Shown: one piece after another, positions 1-13,789 of the stretch
Numbering within the stretch: position 1 is the stretch's first letter
Layout: each line of letters opens with the position of its first letter
NCBI RefSeq assembly: GCF_009914755.1
Contig: NC_060941.1
DNA from: the human T2T-CHM13v2.0 reference genome, Homo sapiens
Direction: 5' to 3' (one strand)
DNA length: 64,000 nucleotides
Notes under the pieces: model-generated
Database searches by the model: none
What the model was told of the DNA's origin: nothing
Seen by the model: only the letters and a program-made list of their open reading frames with translations
Translations under genes and position numbers: made by a program

Positions 1-219
1 GATACAGCCAAAGAATCTGTATGCCAGACCAGCACTGGCTCCTGCTAGGGCAAGTGAGGGTGCAGACAGGGGATGGTTGTGGTTCTCAGCAGGGGTGTGA
101 GGGACACTAGGTTTGTCTGACCCGCAGGCTTTTTCTACCAAGGACTGTCGCCAACTGGTCAATCTTTCATGCTTTGACTTAGTTATTTGCTCACTCCCTC
201 AGCAACTATTTTTTGATCA

Positions 220-330
220 CCTAATAATAATAGCTTACACTTGCTTAGCATTATTATGTGCCAGGCAGGTGCTAAGCACCTTATATGTGGTAGCCCATGT
301 CATCCTTCCAACAGCCCTATGAGACAGGTG
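220..330 (-). mobile_element. MIR fragment
   Basis: tatgtgccaggc...gctaagcac...ccctatgag MIR core. Confidence 0.7.
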
Positions 331-332
331 TT

Positions 333-619
333 TGTCTTAGTCAGTTAGGGCTACTACAGTAGAATTCCGAATACTTATTTCTTACAGTTTGTAAGTCTGG
401 AAGTCCAGGATGAGGGTGCCAGCTTGGTCAGGTTCTGGTGAGGGCCCTCTTCCAGGTTGCAGACTGGCAACTTCTCTGTGGATCCTCACATGGCAGAAAG
501 AGGGCAGGAGAGCTCTCTGGGGTCCCTTTTATAAAGGGACCAATCATTTACTGTCACATTGGAGGATCAGGGTTTCAACATGTGAACTTGGGGTGGGGGA
601 ACACATTCTGCCCCTTACA
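333..619 (-). mobile_element. MLT1A-type MaLR LTR
   Basis: tgtcttagtc start and ggtgagggccctcttcc / ctcacatggcag hallmark segments. Confidence 0.8.
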
Positions 620-798
620 GTCTTATACAGCAGGGTCAAAAATGTTAGCTCAAACTATAACTGAGATGGGTAGACCAACGTGAATGTTTTACTTTGTCTA
701 TAACTCATCTGGCTTCTTCCTCAGCCCCCATCCCCTTCACTCACATGTGATCGGGGTAGAATGAGCTAAGTGGCTAATATAATTAGAATCTCTGTCCA

Positions 799-1139
799 GG
801 CCAGGTGCGGTGGCTCACGCCTGTAATCCCAGCACTTTGAGAGGCTGAGGCGGGCAGATCACTTGAGGTCAGGAGTTCGAGACCAGCCTGGCCAACATGG
901 TGAAAACATGTCTCTACCAAAAATATAAAAAATTAGCTGGGTGTGGTGGCACACACCTGCAATCCCAGCTACTCAGGAGGCAGAGGCAGGAGAATCACTT
1001 GAACCCAGAAGGCAGAGGTTGCAGTGAGCTGAGGTCACGCCATTGCACTCCAGAGCCTGGGCAACAAGAGTGAAACTCCATAAAAAACAAAACAAAACAA
1101 AAACACTCCATCTCAAAAAAAAAAAAAAAAAAAAAAAAA
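799..1139 (+). mobile_element. AluS (Sq-like), duplicated 3' end
   Basis: Full Alu dimer, A-tail, approximate TSD agaatct..gtc. Confidence 0.95.
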
Positions 1140-1839
1140 GAATCTGTCTGATCTGATCATTTAAGTAGCCCGTTTAGGTAGCACTCATTCTCCTTAAGAT
1201 AAATACTCAGGAGAGTCTCTCAGATAGCCCCTCTTTTTGCATCCCTGCTGTTTCCTACCCTCAGATAGTGTTGGGGTGTGTGGGGAAGGTGTGGGGCTCA
1301 CTCCACCTGCTGGCAGTGGGAAGCTTTGGAGTCGTTGGTGTAATGTCCTCTGGCCCCCAGGGCTGTGTCCTGCATCCCCTCATTTGATATCTTAGCACAC
1401 GTCATTTTCCTCCTCCTATACCTACCCAATAAGACCATACTCCTCCACCCAGCTTCACGACTCTCCCTGCCAGGGGTGGCATCCTCACCTTCCAACCTTC
1501 TCTTCTATGTTTCCAATTTGTTCCTCAAAATCCAGCTTAGATCCACTTCCACCTTCATAAGATCTTCCGGGCACCGTAGCCTGAACACTCCCTTTTTCTG
1601 AACTTCTGGATCATAGCAACTAATTTTGTTCACCAATTATGTCCTCATCTGAGATCTCTCCTTTCTTATTGTTTCATGAAGTTACATGTATCTCTTGTTG
1701 TTGTGTAATATTTATAGTTTGTTTGAGAGCATGGGTGATGCCTTATATTTTGTTGAATTTCCTAAATCTAATCTGGAGTCTAGCACAGAGAAAGAACCAG
1801 GTGTTCACAGACAAAGAGTTCATATCCTTGTTTATGAGA

Positions 1840-2170
1840 AGCTCCTAAAAATAGAGGAGAGGAAAACAACCCAGTAATACCCCAGGAGAATGGGCTAGAG
1901 GTATGAAAAGATAATTCGCAGAAAAAGAAATGCAAATGGTCCTAATCACACACACACACACACAAGCTCAACCTCACTCAGAATTAGAATAATAAAACAT
2001 TAAAATGACACAGATACTATTTCTAACCTATCAGATTGGTGAAACCTCACAAGTTTTACAACATATTCTTGGCAAGGTGAGAGAACAGCAGACACATTCG
2101 ACATTCCTGGGGAGCTATATGTTGTTATGTAATAATCAACTGCAATTGCATTAGGGGAAAGGATTAGATA
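1840..2170 (+). mobile_element. Old L1M fragment with (CA)n
   Basis: gaaatgcaaatgg...cctatcagattgg L1 ORF2 3' motifs. Confidence 0.6.
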
Positions 2171-2177
2171 ATGTGGT

Positions 2178-2381
<204 letters not shown>

Positions 2382-2664
2382 CCTGGGGCCTGAATGGTGT
2401 TCCTTATGAAAGAGGATGTTTGGGGACTGCATCTCACTTAGCCAGCACTGAGTGCCGGTAACCTAGGGTCCAAGGCACCTGTGAGCTTTCTAATAAGAGT
2501 CTCGTTTGTGTTTGTGATATGTGGGGCCCTCTAAGCAGGGACTTAGGGTAGAAGCCCCGTTTGTCAGGTTCCAAGGGAAGTTCTGTTCTGGAGTCATCTC
2601 CAATGAAAAGAGCAAGATGGGGAAAAGTGTGTGTAGAATTTAAGAAAGGAGATGTGTGTATATA

Positions 2665-2985
2665 CAGTCATGTACCGTGTAACGATGACTCAGTCAACAA
2701 TGGAACACATATACAACGGTGGTCCCATAAGATTGTATACTGTATTTTTACTGTAGCTTTTCTGTGTTTAGATACACAAATACTAACCACTGTGTTACCG
2801 TGGCCTCCAGTATTCAGTACTGTAACATGCTGTAGGGGTTTGTATCCTAGGAGCAGTAGGCTATACCACCTAGCTTAGGTGTATAGTAGGCTCTACCATC
2901 TAGGTTTGTATCAGTACACTTCGTGGTGTTCACACAATGACGAAATTGCTTAGAACATGTCCTGTGATTAAGTGACATATGACTA
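2665..2985 (+). mobile_element. Tigger3a/MER7-type DNA transposon
   Basis: cagtcatg...atgact TIRs with TA flanks. Confidence 0.8.
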
Positions 2986-3611
2986 TATATATTTATATAT
3001 GTATATTTTACAAAAGATAAACCATAATTTTAAAAAAGTTATCTATAGGGAAAGAGAGGGAATAGGATAGAGAGACAAGGATAAAAGCTGAACTTCTCTC
3101 AATATACCTTGTTTTGTAGATAGGACTTTAGAACCATGTAAATATTTTATATAAGAAATGCAAAGTTTTAAAAGAGAGTAATTAAAAAATCTAAAGCAAA
3201 TGAAAAAAATGAATATAACTCTTTATCTAATGTGAAGCATAACCATACAGAGAAAAATGATTCCAAGTGACCTGAAAGCATAGAAACTTGAGTGTACATT
3301 CCTAGTGGGCTATATCCTAAGGACAAAAAGAACTGTCCAAAAAAAGAAAGAAAGAAAAAAATGGTGACTTATTTTCAGTAATCATATTGTTGGTGGTAAT
3401 GTTATTCTGAGACCATTGTGTGCATACGGTGAGATAAAAGAAATAAGTAATTCTGTTATATTGTCAAGAACCAGGATTTTTCAGTGTCAGAGAAAGCAGG
3501 CATATATGCAAGATAGATGAAGTTAAGTCAAAACTTGATGGTACTGAATTGAACTGGAAGTTTCAGTATGAATTGGTGATAATATTTTGTCATTAAAAAG
3601 AAAGTATTTCT

Positions 3612-4109
<498 letters not shown>

Positions 4110-4792
4110 TCAAAAACTATTATGTTGTGACAAAAGAACTCAGGCGCTAACTTGAAGAGGCTCCCACCGGCCACGAAAGGTGGGAGGCACAATGTGAGTA
4201 TCAATGATAATAAGGACAATGAGCTGAAACGTATTAAATATGTTTAAATACATGGGTTTTTAATGACAAAAAGAAACAATCTAACTCATTGGTTAACTTT
4301 GAAAAGGGCAAGGGAACGATGTTATCATTTTGAAAACAGGTAAATAGAGGCAAAAAAAAAATCCAGCATTTATCTTGCCTTTCTTGTATGACTGTTATCT
4401 CAGATGGCCAAATAGTTGAGGAGAGAGAAGTTTCTCTTTATATAAGTATTGCAGCTGAAAAATGACAAAGGAATTATAGAATTGGAACATCATTGTTCTA
4501 CAACCCCTGAAAATACTGCATTTTAACAAAAATTGTCAATGGATGTTAACATCACAAGAAGGAAATCAACCTGACATGTGACTCCTGGCGGAAATACACA
4601 ATCCCACCTCTGAGCTATTCTTGTCAAGAAACCTAAGTGTGATTCAGCCTCTGGATCTCACTACCAATTTACCAGCAACACAGAGGACAGAGAAACAAGT
4701 TAAACATCACCATAGGACAGCAATCTTGAAAAATTCAGGCTGTGGAAAATTTTATAGGACAACCTGATTTCTTCAACAATAAACTACAAGGG

Positions 4793-5090
4793 GGCTGGGT
4801 GCGGTGGCTCACGCCTGTAATCCCAGCCCTTTGGGAGGCCGAGGCAGGCGGATCATTTGAGGTCAGGAGTTCAAGACCAGCCTGGTCAACACAGTGAAAC
4901 CCTGTCTCTACTAAAAATACAAAAAAAATTAGCTGGGCATGGTGGTGCATTTCTATAATCCCGGCTACTAGGGAGGCTCAGGCAGGAGAATCGCTTGAAC
5001 CTGGGAGAAGGAGGTTGCAGTGCACCAAGATTGTGCCACTGCACTCCAGGCTGGGCAACAGAGTGAGACTCTGTCTCAAAAAAACTAAAA
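4793..5090 (+). mobile_element. AluS
   Basis: Full Alu dimer. Confidence 0.95.
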
Positions 5091-5098
5091 GGAAATTA

Positions 5099-5447
5099 CA
5101 ATAGTACCTTCTTATCCTTAGTTTTGGTTTCTGAGGTTTCAGTTACCCGTGGTCAACCATGGTCCCAAAATAGGTATGTATAGTACAATAAGATATTTGT
5201 AAAGAGAGAGACAGAGAGACCATATTCACATAACTCTCATTACAGTCTATTGTTCTAATTATTTTATTTTATCATTTGTTATTGTTGTTAATCTCTTACC
5301 GTGCCTAATTTATAAGTTAAACTATTTTAGAGGTATGTATGAATAGGAAAAAAACATGGCAGATATAGGGGTTAATATTATCTGTGTTATCAGGCATCCA
5401 CTGGAGGTCTTGAAACTTATCCCCAGCAGATAAGAGGGGGGCTACTA
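5099..5447 (+). mobile_element. MER44A (Tigger7-derived MITE)
   Basis: gtttcagttacccgtggtcaacc...ggcatccactgg...gataagaggggg. Confidence 0.8.
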
Positions 5448-5666
5448 TAAAAGGAAAGGAGAAAGAGAAATGGAAGAGAGACCTATAGATCAAGATCAAG
5501 CACAAGGGATGAAATACTTACCAGCAAACATAATGTATGAACCTTTTTTGGCACTTGATTCAAAAAAACCATACATTGGGAATATTTGAATATTGGTTTA
5601 ATATATATTGAGAAATTGATTATTGTTAATTTTTCAGGTGTGATAATGATATGGTGGTTAGTTATT

Positions 5667-5915
5667 TATTATTATTTTTTAAGACAAGGTCTCACTCTGT
5701 TACCCAGGCTGGAGTGCAGTGGCATGACCTTGGCTCGCTGTGACCTATGCCTCCTAGGCTCAAGTGATCCTTCCACCTCAGCCTCCCAAGTAGTGGGGAC
5801 TACAGTCCCGTGCCCCCATGCCTGGCCAATTTTTGTATTTTTTGTAGAAATGGGGTTTTGCCACATTGCCTAGGTTAATCTTGAACTCCTGGGCTCAAGT
5901 GATCCACGCCTGACC
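5667..5915 (-). mobile_element. AluJ, partial
   Basis: Diverged Alu with J-type diagnostics. Confidence 0.9.
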
Positions 5916-6409
5916 TTGTGGTTATTTTTTTAAGTCCTTATCTAGAGATACTTAACAGAAATATTTAAGATAATATGATGTCTGGGATTTATTCAAAATT
6001 ATCTGGAAGGGGGAAGAGGTAGAATTATTGTTGAAACAAGATTGTTCATGAATTAAAAATTGGTGAAACTGTGGATTTACATGATTCCACATGCTTTTCC
6101 AGCCCAAGGAAGGCTGGAAATCTATGAGGTTTTTAAAGTGTCTGTCTTTCTCTTTGTAATCTCATAGGTGCTGCCTGTGGTTGGAGGCAAAATCCTGGAT
6201 TTCCTCAATGGCTTGGAGTTGGAGGGCTGTTCCTGTGGTTGTGATTTCAACCCAAGTGCTAGTAGAATTGAGCACTTAGTTTCCTGGTTATGTTATCAAA
6301 CCGAAATTCGGATTGGCCTCCCTAGGTCCCTATATTTGACAATGGCCACACTGTGCTGCCAGGAACAGACACTGGAAATATCAGTGCCTCCTTTCACTCT
6401 CCAATCCAC

Positions 6410-6530
6410 TAGCATACAAGCTCCATGGGGCCAGGGGTTTTTATCTGTTTTGTTCACTGCTGTGTCTTCAGTGTCTATAACATTGCCTGACATCGTAAAT
6501 GCTCAATAAATCTTTCATGACTGAATGACT
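6410..6530 (+). mobile_element. L2 3' end
   Basis: tgttcactgctgtgtc...gctcaataaa...tgaatga. Confidence 0.7.
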
Positions 6531-6601
6531 CCAAGCAGTTGCCAAGTCCTGTGACTTTTCCCTTATAATTCACCTTCTACCTGTCCATTCCCATTATTAC
6601 C

Positions 6602-7412
6602 TGTGGTGAAAGAAAGATGGTCACAAGTTTTTGACAATGCTCCCATTGAAAAGTGACTGTGTGTCCCAACCCCCTTGAATCTGGGTGGGCTCTGTAACTA
6701 GTTGAACCAATACCTATGATACAAATGATGCTGTGTCACTCTACAGGCCCAGGACTTAAGAGATCTGCAATTTCCACTTCCTCTCTCAAACCCTCACTCT
6801 TAGAGCCCTGGACAGCTAGAAAGACCCTGGAACTATATGGAGAAGGAGAAGAGATCAACTGAGGTCAGCCTTCCAGCCGTTTCTTTCAAGAAGCCAGGCA
6901 TGTGAGGGAAGCTATCTTGGGCCTTCCAGCCTACCAGCTGAATACCACTGAGTGACTCCAGATAATGCTATACGGAACAGAAGAATCACCCAGCTGAGCC
7001 CTACCCAAATTCCTGATCCACACAGTTGTGAGATATAATAAAACTGTTGTTGGCGGGGCACAGTGGCTCAAGCCTCTAACCCCCAGCACTTAGGCAGGCT
7101 GAGGCGGGATGATTGCTTGAGGCCAGGAGTTTGAGACCAGCCTGTACAACATAGAGAGACCCCATCTCTACAAGAAGTAAAAAATTAGCTGGCTGTGGTG
7201 GTGCACACCTGTAATCTAGCTACTTGAGAGGCTGAGGTGGGAGATTGCTTGAGTCCAGGAGTTCAAGGTTACAGTGAGCTATGATCATGCCATGCACTCC
7301 AGCCTGCATGATAGAGCAAGATCCCGTCTCTAAAATAAAAAAAAAAAGTTTCCATTTTGAGCCCTTAAGTTTTGGGGGTGATATGTTAATACAGCTATAA
7401 ATAACCAGAACA
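6602..7412 (+). mobile_element. MLT1H-like MaLR LTR split by AluJ
   Basis: tgtgg...aaccagaaca termini and internal MLT1 motifs. Confidence 0.7.
7052..7348 (+). mobile_element. AluJ
   Basis: Diverged full Alu. Confidence 0.9.
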
Positions 7413-7998
7413 TTAGCCTACTCTGGACCTTATAACTTCTTGCCTGGAAAACTGATCCCTACATTCAGTCTCCTACCTATCCTTTTAACTACCCTCTGCA
7501 TGGCATAGATTAGTTTCTATGAAGGAGTTACTGCTTAAAAAAAAAAAAAAAAAGTTATCATCAACAGAATACAGCCCAATCTCTTTAGCTTGGCCTTATG
7601 GATCTCTGAACCCAACTCTGCAAGCTCTCCTATCTTCCTCTCACATGACTTGTGCTTGAGCCAAGTCCAGATTTTGGCTTATCCATTTGACCCCCCATGG
7701 TTTTATTTTTGTTCATGCTTTCCCTCCTCCTGGAATCCACTTCATTCATTCATGTACATCCAAATTCTACTTGCTTTCCAAAGATGTCCACAAACGTCAA
7801 TCCCCACAGGTAGAAATAATCTCTTTCTCCTGAATTTCCACAGCATTTTACCAAGGCCTTTCATAAAACATACCCTTTCCTTCCTTTTTAACATTATAAT
7901 TTGGAAACATGTCTTTATCATTCCGCAGAGACCATGAAATCCTTGAAGGTAAGATTCACATCTTATTTACTTATTTTAAACTCATTATTGAAACTAGC

Positions 7999-8413
<415 letters not shown>

Positions 8414-8660
8414 TCACACTGTAGTCATGCATCGTTAAACTATCAGTTCAGTTTCCTCATCTGTATGTTGGTGGAAATAACAATAATGATAATATCAGTC
8501 TTGCTTCTGTTACATGGTTGTTGTAAAGATCAAATGAGATGTGAAAGCAAGAAGTGCTAAATGCAAGGTATCCACCTGGAATTAAATAAAGACAATTTTT
8601 AGCAAAGGCGGCCGACGTGACTGCTTATGACTCCGTATTAGCCACAGCAGGCCAAGAAAT

Positions 8661-8919
8661 TCAGAGAAAGCGTGGTCCCCACTGGCACAACCTGGGGGAA
8701 GACCAGAGCAACTCAAGGAACCACTGACTCAGCCTCTGCTTTCTTTGTAACAAAACACTTGAGGGCAAGGGGAGAAAGTGGAACTCCTTACAACCGCCTG
8801 CCCCAACTCCTTGGATGTGCCAGGCACCAGGGCTACGTTTAACCCTCTGGGGTCCATCCCAACCAAAGGCTGAGGTGCCTTTGAGAAGCAGGCCTGTGGA
8901 ATGTGGACTCTTGCTGTAG
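8661..8919 (-). pseudogene. Candidate terminal coding exon (YSKSPHSTG...)
   Basis: Acceptor ttcccttctctgctttag; open to a stop at 8661 in the phase-2 frame. Confidence 0.45.
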
Positions 8920-9029
8920 CTAAAGCAGAGAAGGGAATCCAGTGGCCCATGTGAACCCTGCAAAGTGCCTGGGAAGACATTGTTTCAGGCCTGGCCACAT
9001 GCATTTGCTCAAACCATGTCCCCGAGCCT

Positions 9030-9430
9030 CAGGTTCTCCCTCTGCGTTTCTCCGCTCTGCTCTTTTCTGTCTTGATTTCCTTTACAGGCAGTCTCTCCCA
9101 TGTGGTGGCACAGATGGTTCTGAGCAGCCTCACACTTACATCCTACCAGTTTAACAACCTCCTCGCCGAAAAGAGCACTTCTCTTCCCCAGTAGTTCCAG
9201 AAAAAGTCTAGGGATTAGGACTCGCTAGACAGACAGGAGCTCTTTCCCTGAGCCAATCACTGTGGTCAAGGGGATGGAGTCTCCTGATGGCCCAGCCTGT
9301 GCTATCTGGAGACCCCAGGAGCTGGAGCTGGAGGTGGAGGCAGTGGTGGTGGTGGGGATTACCCTAAAGGAAAAGGATGGTGCTATCACCAAAGAAATGG
9401 GGAATGGAAGTCGCATAGGGAAAACAACAG
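9030..9430 (-). mobile_element. MLT1K-like MaLR LTR
   Basis: ctgagccaatcactgtggtcaaggggatgg hallmark. Confidence 0.65.
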
Positions 9431-9918
9431 ATCCCAGCCCACCAATCCTGGCAGGAGATACCAAGCTGTACATAAAAACAGTGCTTTTCTCAAGCCTGGT
9501 ATTGGGCACCTATTCTTTATTGAACCCTTTATTGTGAATTGTCCCACCCAACCAGGTAACAAGTTGTCCAGGGCACCTGGACATAATAGCTCTATTCCAC
9601 TGGCACCACCCCATCCCCTCTCTGTCTGTCTTATCTAGACTGTTTTTAATCTGTCTCTGATTTGCTCTTGATCACCAAGCATGCCTTGTTCTCATCTTTC
9701 CTGATTCATTATCCCTCTTGGCCTCCACAACCATGAAATACAAGAGCTGTTTACTGCCACTCCTGTCGAAGCCCACGTGTATCATCACCATATACATATA
9801 TCATTGGGCTGCTAGTGGCCATAAAGGCAGAGAGCCTATCTGAACATTAAAGAGACAGAGCCTTGATGATATTGCTTGACTCTCTGAAACCAGCCACACC
9901 TGAAACCAGCTATCCCTC

Positions 9919-10380
9919 TGTTGTGGGTTGAATTGTATTCCCAAAACAATATGTTGAAGTCCTCACCTCCGGTACCTGTGAATGTGCCTTCATTTGGACG
10001 TAGGGTGTTTGCAGATGTAATCAACTTAAGATGATGTCATACTTCATTAGGGTGGGCCCTAATCCATGATGACAGCTGTCCTTATAAGAAGAGAAGAAAT
10101 GCAGAGACAGGCACACAGGGAGAGCCTCAGTTGATGATGAAGGCAGAGATTGGGGTGATGAGTTTGCAAGCCAAGGAAGGCCCAGGATTGTTGGCAACAC
10201 CCAAAGCTAAGAGAAGGGCATGGAACAGAATCTCCCCAAGTGCCTTCAGAAGGAGCCAACCTTGCTGCCATCTTGGTTTCAGACCTCTAGCCTCCAGAAC
10301 TGTAAGAGAGTAAGTTTCTGTTGTTTTAAACCACACGTGTTTGTGGTCATTTCTTAGAGCAGCACTAGGAAAAAAATACA
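9919..10380 (+). mobile_element. MLT1C solo LTR nested in an older MLT1 LTR (about 9810-10481)
   Basis: tgttgtgggttgaattg...aataca with 5-bp TSD ccctc/ccctt. Confidence 0.85.
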
Positions 10381-10656
10381 CCCTTTCATTTTCCCCCCCA
10401 GTTTTGTAAGCCAATGCATTTCCTCCTTGCTTAAGCAAAATTATGTTTCTCTTACTTACAGCTAAAGTCCTGAATAATACATGTCACCTACACTATGCTA
10501 TGTGCTGAGGATTCAAAGGCAAATGAGACCCTGTCCCTACCTTTAAGTCATCCATCCTGTGGCTCTAAGCCCAGCATCATCTAACCTTGCTGGGGCCTAA
10601 ACCAGTGAGAAGGACAAAAAGAAACTCAAAGTCATGCTGAGATGGCAATGTCTTAC

Positions 10657-10770
10657 CCCAAATAATGAAAAGTATGTCTCTCAAGCACTGTTCAGACCTC
10701 TGATGAAAGCAAGGCATGATTGGCAAGGAAGAGCAAATCAGAGACAGAATAAAGGACTCCTGTCTGTCCA
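10657..10770 (-). pseudogene. Exon (GQTGVLYSVSDLLFLANHALLSSEV*TVLERHTFHYL)
   Basis: Acceptor tgtttttgcgtgtctcag, donor GG|GTAAGA, 114 nt, one TGA. Confidence 0.75.
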
Positions 10771-10836
10771 CTGAGACACGCAAAAACATGACTGGATAAA
10801 GGCCAGTCTCCCCAGCCTGGCACTGATGGTTTCAGC

Positions 10837-11190
10837 TTTCCTTCCTTCCTTCCTTCCTTCCTTCCTTCCTTCCTTCCTTCCTTCCTTCCTTCTTTCCTCC
10901 CTTCCTTCCTTCCTTCTTTCCTTCCTTCCTTCCTTCCTTCCTTCCTTCCATCCTCCCTCCCTCCCTTCCTCTCTCTCTTTTCCTCCTTCCTTCCTTTCCT
11001 CCTTCCTTCCTTCCTCCCTCTTCTTTCTTTCTCTTTTTCTCTCTCCTTCCTTCCTTTCCTCTCTCTCCTTCCTTCCTTCTTTCCTCCCTTTCTTTCCTTC
11101 CTTCTTCTATTTTTCTTTCCTTCCTTCCTTCCTTCCTTCCTCTGCCCTTCTCTTTCTCTCTCTCCTTCCCTCTCTCTCTCTTTCTTTTCT
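10837..11190. repeat. (TTCC)n/(GGAA)n microsatellite and CT-rich Alu tail
   Basis: 13 perfect TTCC units at 10838-10889, then degenerate. Confidence 0.95.
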
Positions 11191-11471
11191 GAGACAGGGT
11201 CTCCCTCTGTTGCCCAGGCTGGAGTGCAGTGGCACAATTTTGGCTCACTGAAACCTCTGCCTCCAGGCTCAAGCCATCCTCTCACCTCAGCCTCCCGAGT
11301 AGCTAGGACTACAGGTGTGCGCCACGACGCCTGGATAATTTTTATATTTTTAGTAGAGACAGGGTTTTGCCATGTTGCCCAGGCTGGTCTCAAACTCCTG
11401 AGCTCAAGCAATTCTCCAGCCTTGGCCTCTCAATGTGTTAAGATTACAGGTGTGAGCCACTGCGTCTGGCC
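11183..11471 (-). mobile_element. AluJ
   Basis: Full diverged Alu. Confidence 0.9.
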
Positions 11472-11662
11472 GTCTAGCCTATATTTCTATCATCATCTTC
11501 CACTATATTTGGCTCTTTCTGAATTCTTTCCACCTCCTTTGCTCCAGTCACATCAAATTACTATTTATTCCCCGAAGACGCTATATGCTTTCAAGAGTTG
11601 TTAGATTTGCTCACCATAGCTGTCTACAGAGTCCTTTCCTCTATCTCTAAGTCCTAGCCATC

Positions 11663-12118
11663 TATATTAGCTCCTTAGAGCTGCCATTAAAAAATGACCA
11701 CAAACTGGGTGGCTTGTACCAACCAAAATGTATTCTTTCACAATTCTGGAAGCTGTAAGTCTGAAATCAGGGTGTCAGCAGGGCCATGCTCTCTCTGAAG
11801 ACTCTAGGGAAGGACTCTTCATCTCCTCTCTCTAGTTTCTAGTGGCTGCCGGAAATCCTTGGCCCTCCTTGGCTGGTAGACACATCACTCCAACCTCTGC
11901 CTTTGTTGTTATGTGCCATTTCCCCTGTGTCTGGGTCCAAATTTCCCTCTTCTTATAAGGACACCAGTCACTGGTTTAGGACCTACCTTAATCCAGTACG
12001 ACTTCCATCTTAACATGGTTATATTTACAAAGACCCTATTTCCAAGTAAGGTCACATTCACAGGTACCAGGGGTTAGGACCCCAAATCTATTTGGGGTAC
12101 ACAATTCAACCCACAACA
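11663..12118 (-). mobile_element. MLT1C solo LTR
   Basis: Reverse copy of the MLT1C-type LTR, TSD ccatc/tcatc. Confidence 0.85.
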
Positions 12119-12362
12119 TCATCCTTTGAAACCCAGCCCAGTTTGCCACATTCTCCAGGAAGTCTCCATCACCTACCTATGGCATGAATGTCTGATGCTC
12201 CCAATCTCTGCTGTAGCTGCATCACCTTTGTCCCTGCGGTTGAGATACTTGTGAACTTACTAATTTAGAGCTTGTGAGGGACAGGACTGGAACTCAAACC
12301 TTGTCTGTATGGTCCAAAGCCCTTGGTCAGTACCTGTGTTACTCATCAGAAAACAATCTATA

Positions 12363-12783
12363 AGCTGGGCACAGTGGCTCATCCCTGTAATTCCAGCACT
12401 TTGGGAGGCTGAGATGGGAAGATCGTTTGAGGCCAGGAATTCGAGACCAGCCTGATCAACATAGCAAAACACTGTCTCTACACAACTTTTTTTTATAAAA
12501 AATTAGCTGAGTGTGGGGGTAGCCATATAGTCTCAGCTACTGGGGAGGCTGAGGTTGGGAGATTACTTGAGCCAAGGAGTTTAAGGCTGCAGTGAGCTAT
12601 GATCATGCCACTGCCCTCCAGCCTGGGTGACTGAATGAGACTCTGTCTCAAAAAAAAGAAAGAATGAACGAAAGAAAAGAAAGAAAGAGAGAGAGAAGGA
12701 AGGAAGGAAGGAAGGAAGAAAGAAAGGAAGGAAGGAAAAGAAAGGAAGAAAGGAAGGAAAGAAAGAAAGAAAGAGAAAGAAAG
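12363..12783 (+). mobile_element. AluJ with (GAAA/GGAA)n tail
   Basis: Full Alu then purine microsatellite 12655-12783. Confidence 0.9.
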
Positions 12784-12961
12784 ACAATAATCTATAAATA
12801 TTTCCCTGTTTAAATTGAACTGATAAGGAGAAACAAGATAAGGTGAGGGAGAGATTAGCTGTATGGTACATTCTGAAATGATTTGCAAGCCATTAGAATA
12901 AAATGAAAGCTGCCCTAGTAAGAACTAAAATACAGCTTATCTGCTTTAGTTCCTCACTTAC

Positions 12962-13016
12962 AATAGTTGGAGTTTTGGTCTCTCGCATCCTTTAGATGGG
13001 ACAGCTTTGAAATGCT
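12962..13016 (-). pseudogene. Exon (HFKAVPSKGCERPKLQL), open
   Basis: Acceptor cttagccctttag, donor TT|GTAAGT, phase 1 to 2. Confidence 0.7.
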
Positions 13017-13185
13017 CTAAAGGGCTAAGAAGAGTCTTGGAGACCCAAGAATGGCCCTGTCCATTGGCCGCTCTGGCCTCAAGGGTCAGGGGTGGTGATA
13101 CAATCCCCATTCCCTCTGCTCTGGTGACAACCCCAGTCCCACTCTCTGACTGCCCTGTTGGAAACTCAAAACTAAATACACAAAC

Positions 13186-13342
13186 GGAAGAAATTCTGTG
13201 TCAGGACTGCCATGGGGTAGTCTGGGTCCCCATCGAGCTTCATGAAAAAGTTGTTGGCCAGGAAACAGGGTCGCTGGCCCAGAGCCTGCGCTTGCTCCAT
13301 CCATGATCTAAGCATTTAACAGAAGGAGCTACTGCTGTCTGC
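13186..13342 (-). pseudogene. Exon (LRSWMEQAQALGQRPCFLANNFFMKLDGDPDYPMAVLTQNFF)
   Basis: Acceptor cgcttgtctccag, GC3-rich codons, one TAA, phase 0 to 1. Confidence 0.75.
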
Positions 13343-13433
13343 CTGGAGACAAGCGAGTTAAGAATAACTTTGCAGAGGCTGAGCTTTACAGGCCTAGCCA
13401 TCCTGAAATAGCTGAGACATGATCATCCATTAC

Positions 13434-13665
13434 CTTGATGCCTGTCTTTCAGGGAGACAGTTCCAGAGACTGGCCCAGGAAAACAAATTATATATTCCTC
13501 CTCATTAAAATGTCTCAGCAAGACCCTTAAATCAGGCTTTGAGGTCCAGGTTCCAACTACTTCTCAGTTAGAATTTCTCCTGGGCGTTTTGGTGGTTCTT
13601 GCCAAATTGGGTAGTTCCCAATGTGGGGACTGTTTCTAAATCAGGGTCTGAGAGCAACCAGCCTC
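13434..13665 (-). pseudogene. Exon (...FVFLGQSLEL...KTGIK)
   Basis: Acceptor tttcgtcgttttcctaag, donor AAG|GTAATG, followed by a 91-nt GT-AG intron with a cttaac branch point. Confidence 0.7.
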
Positions 13666-13789
13666 CTTAGGAAAACGACGAAAGAAATTCAAATGGAAAA
13701 GAAGTATTAATTAGCCCTTATATAGCACTTCATGGCTTTCTCAGGTGCAATTTTAAGTGCTTTACATAGATAGGTATTGAGATAGACTA

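Noticed and set aside
10692-11604. ORFs of 126-239 aa rich in KEGR or PSFL
   Set aside because: Read-through of the (TTCC)n tract and Alu; only the tail of the 239-aa ORF overlaps a real pseudogene exon
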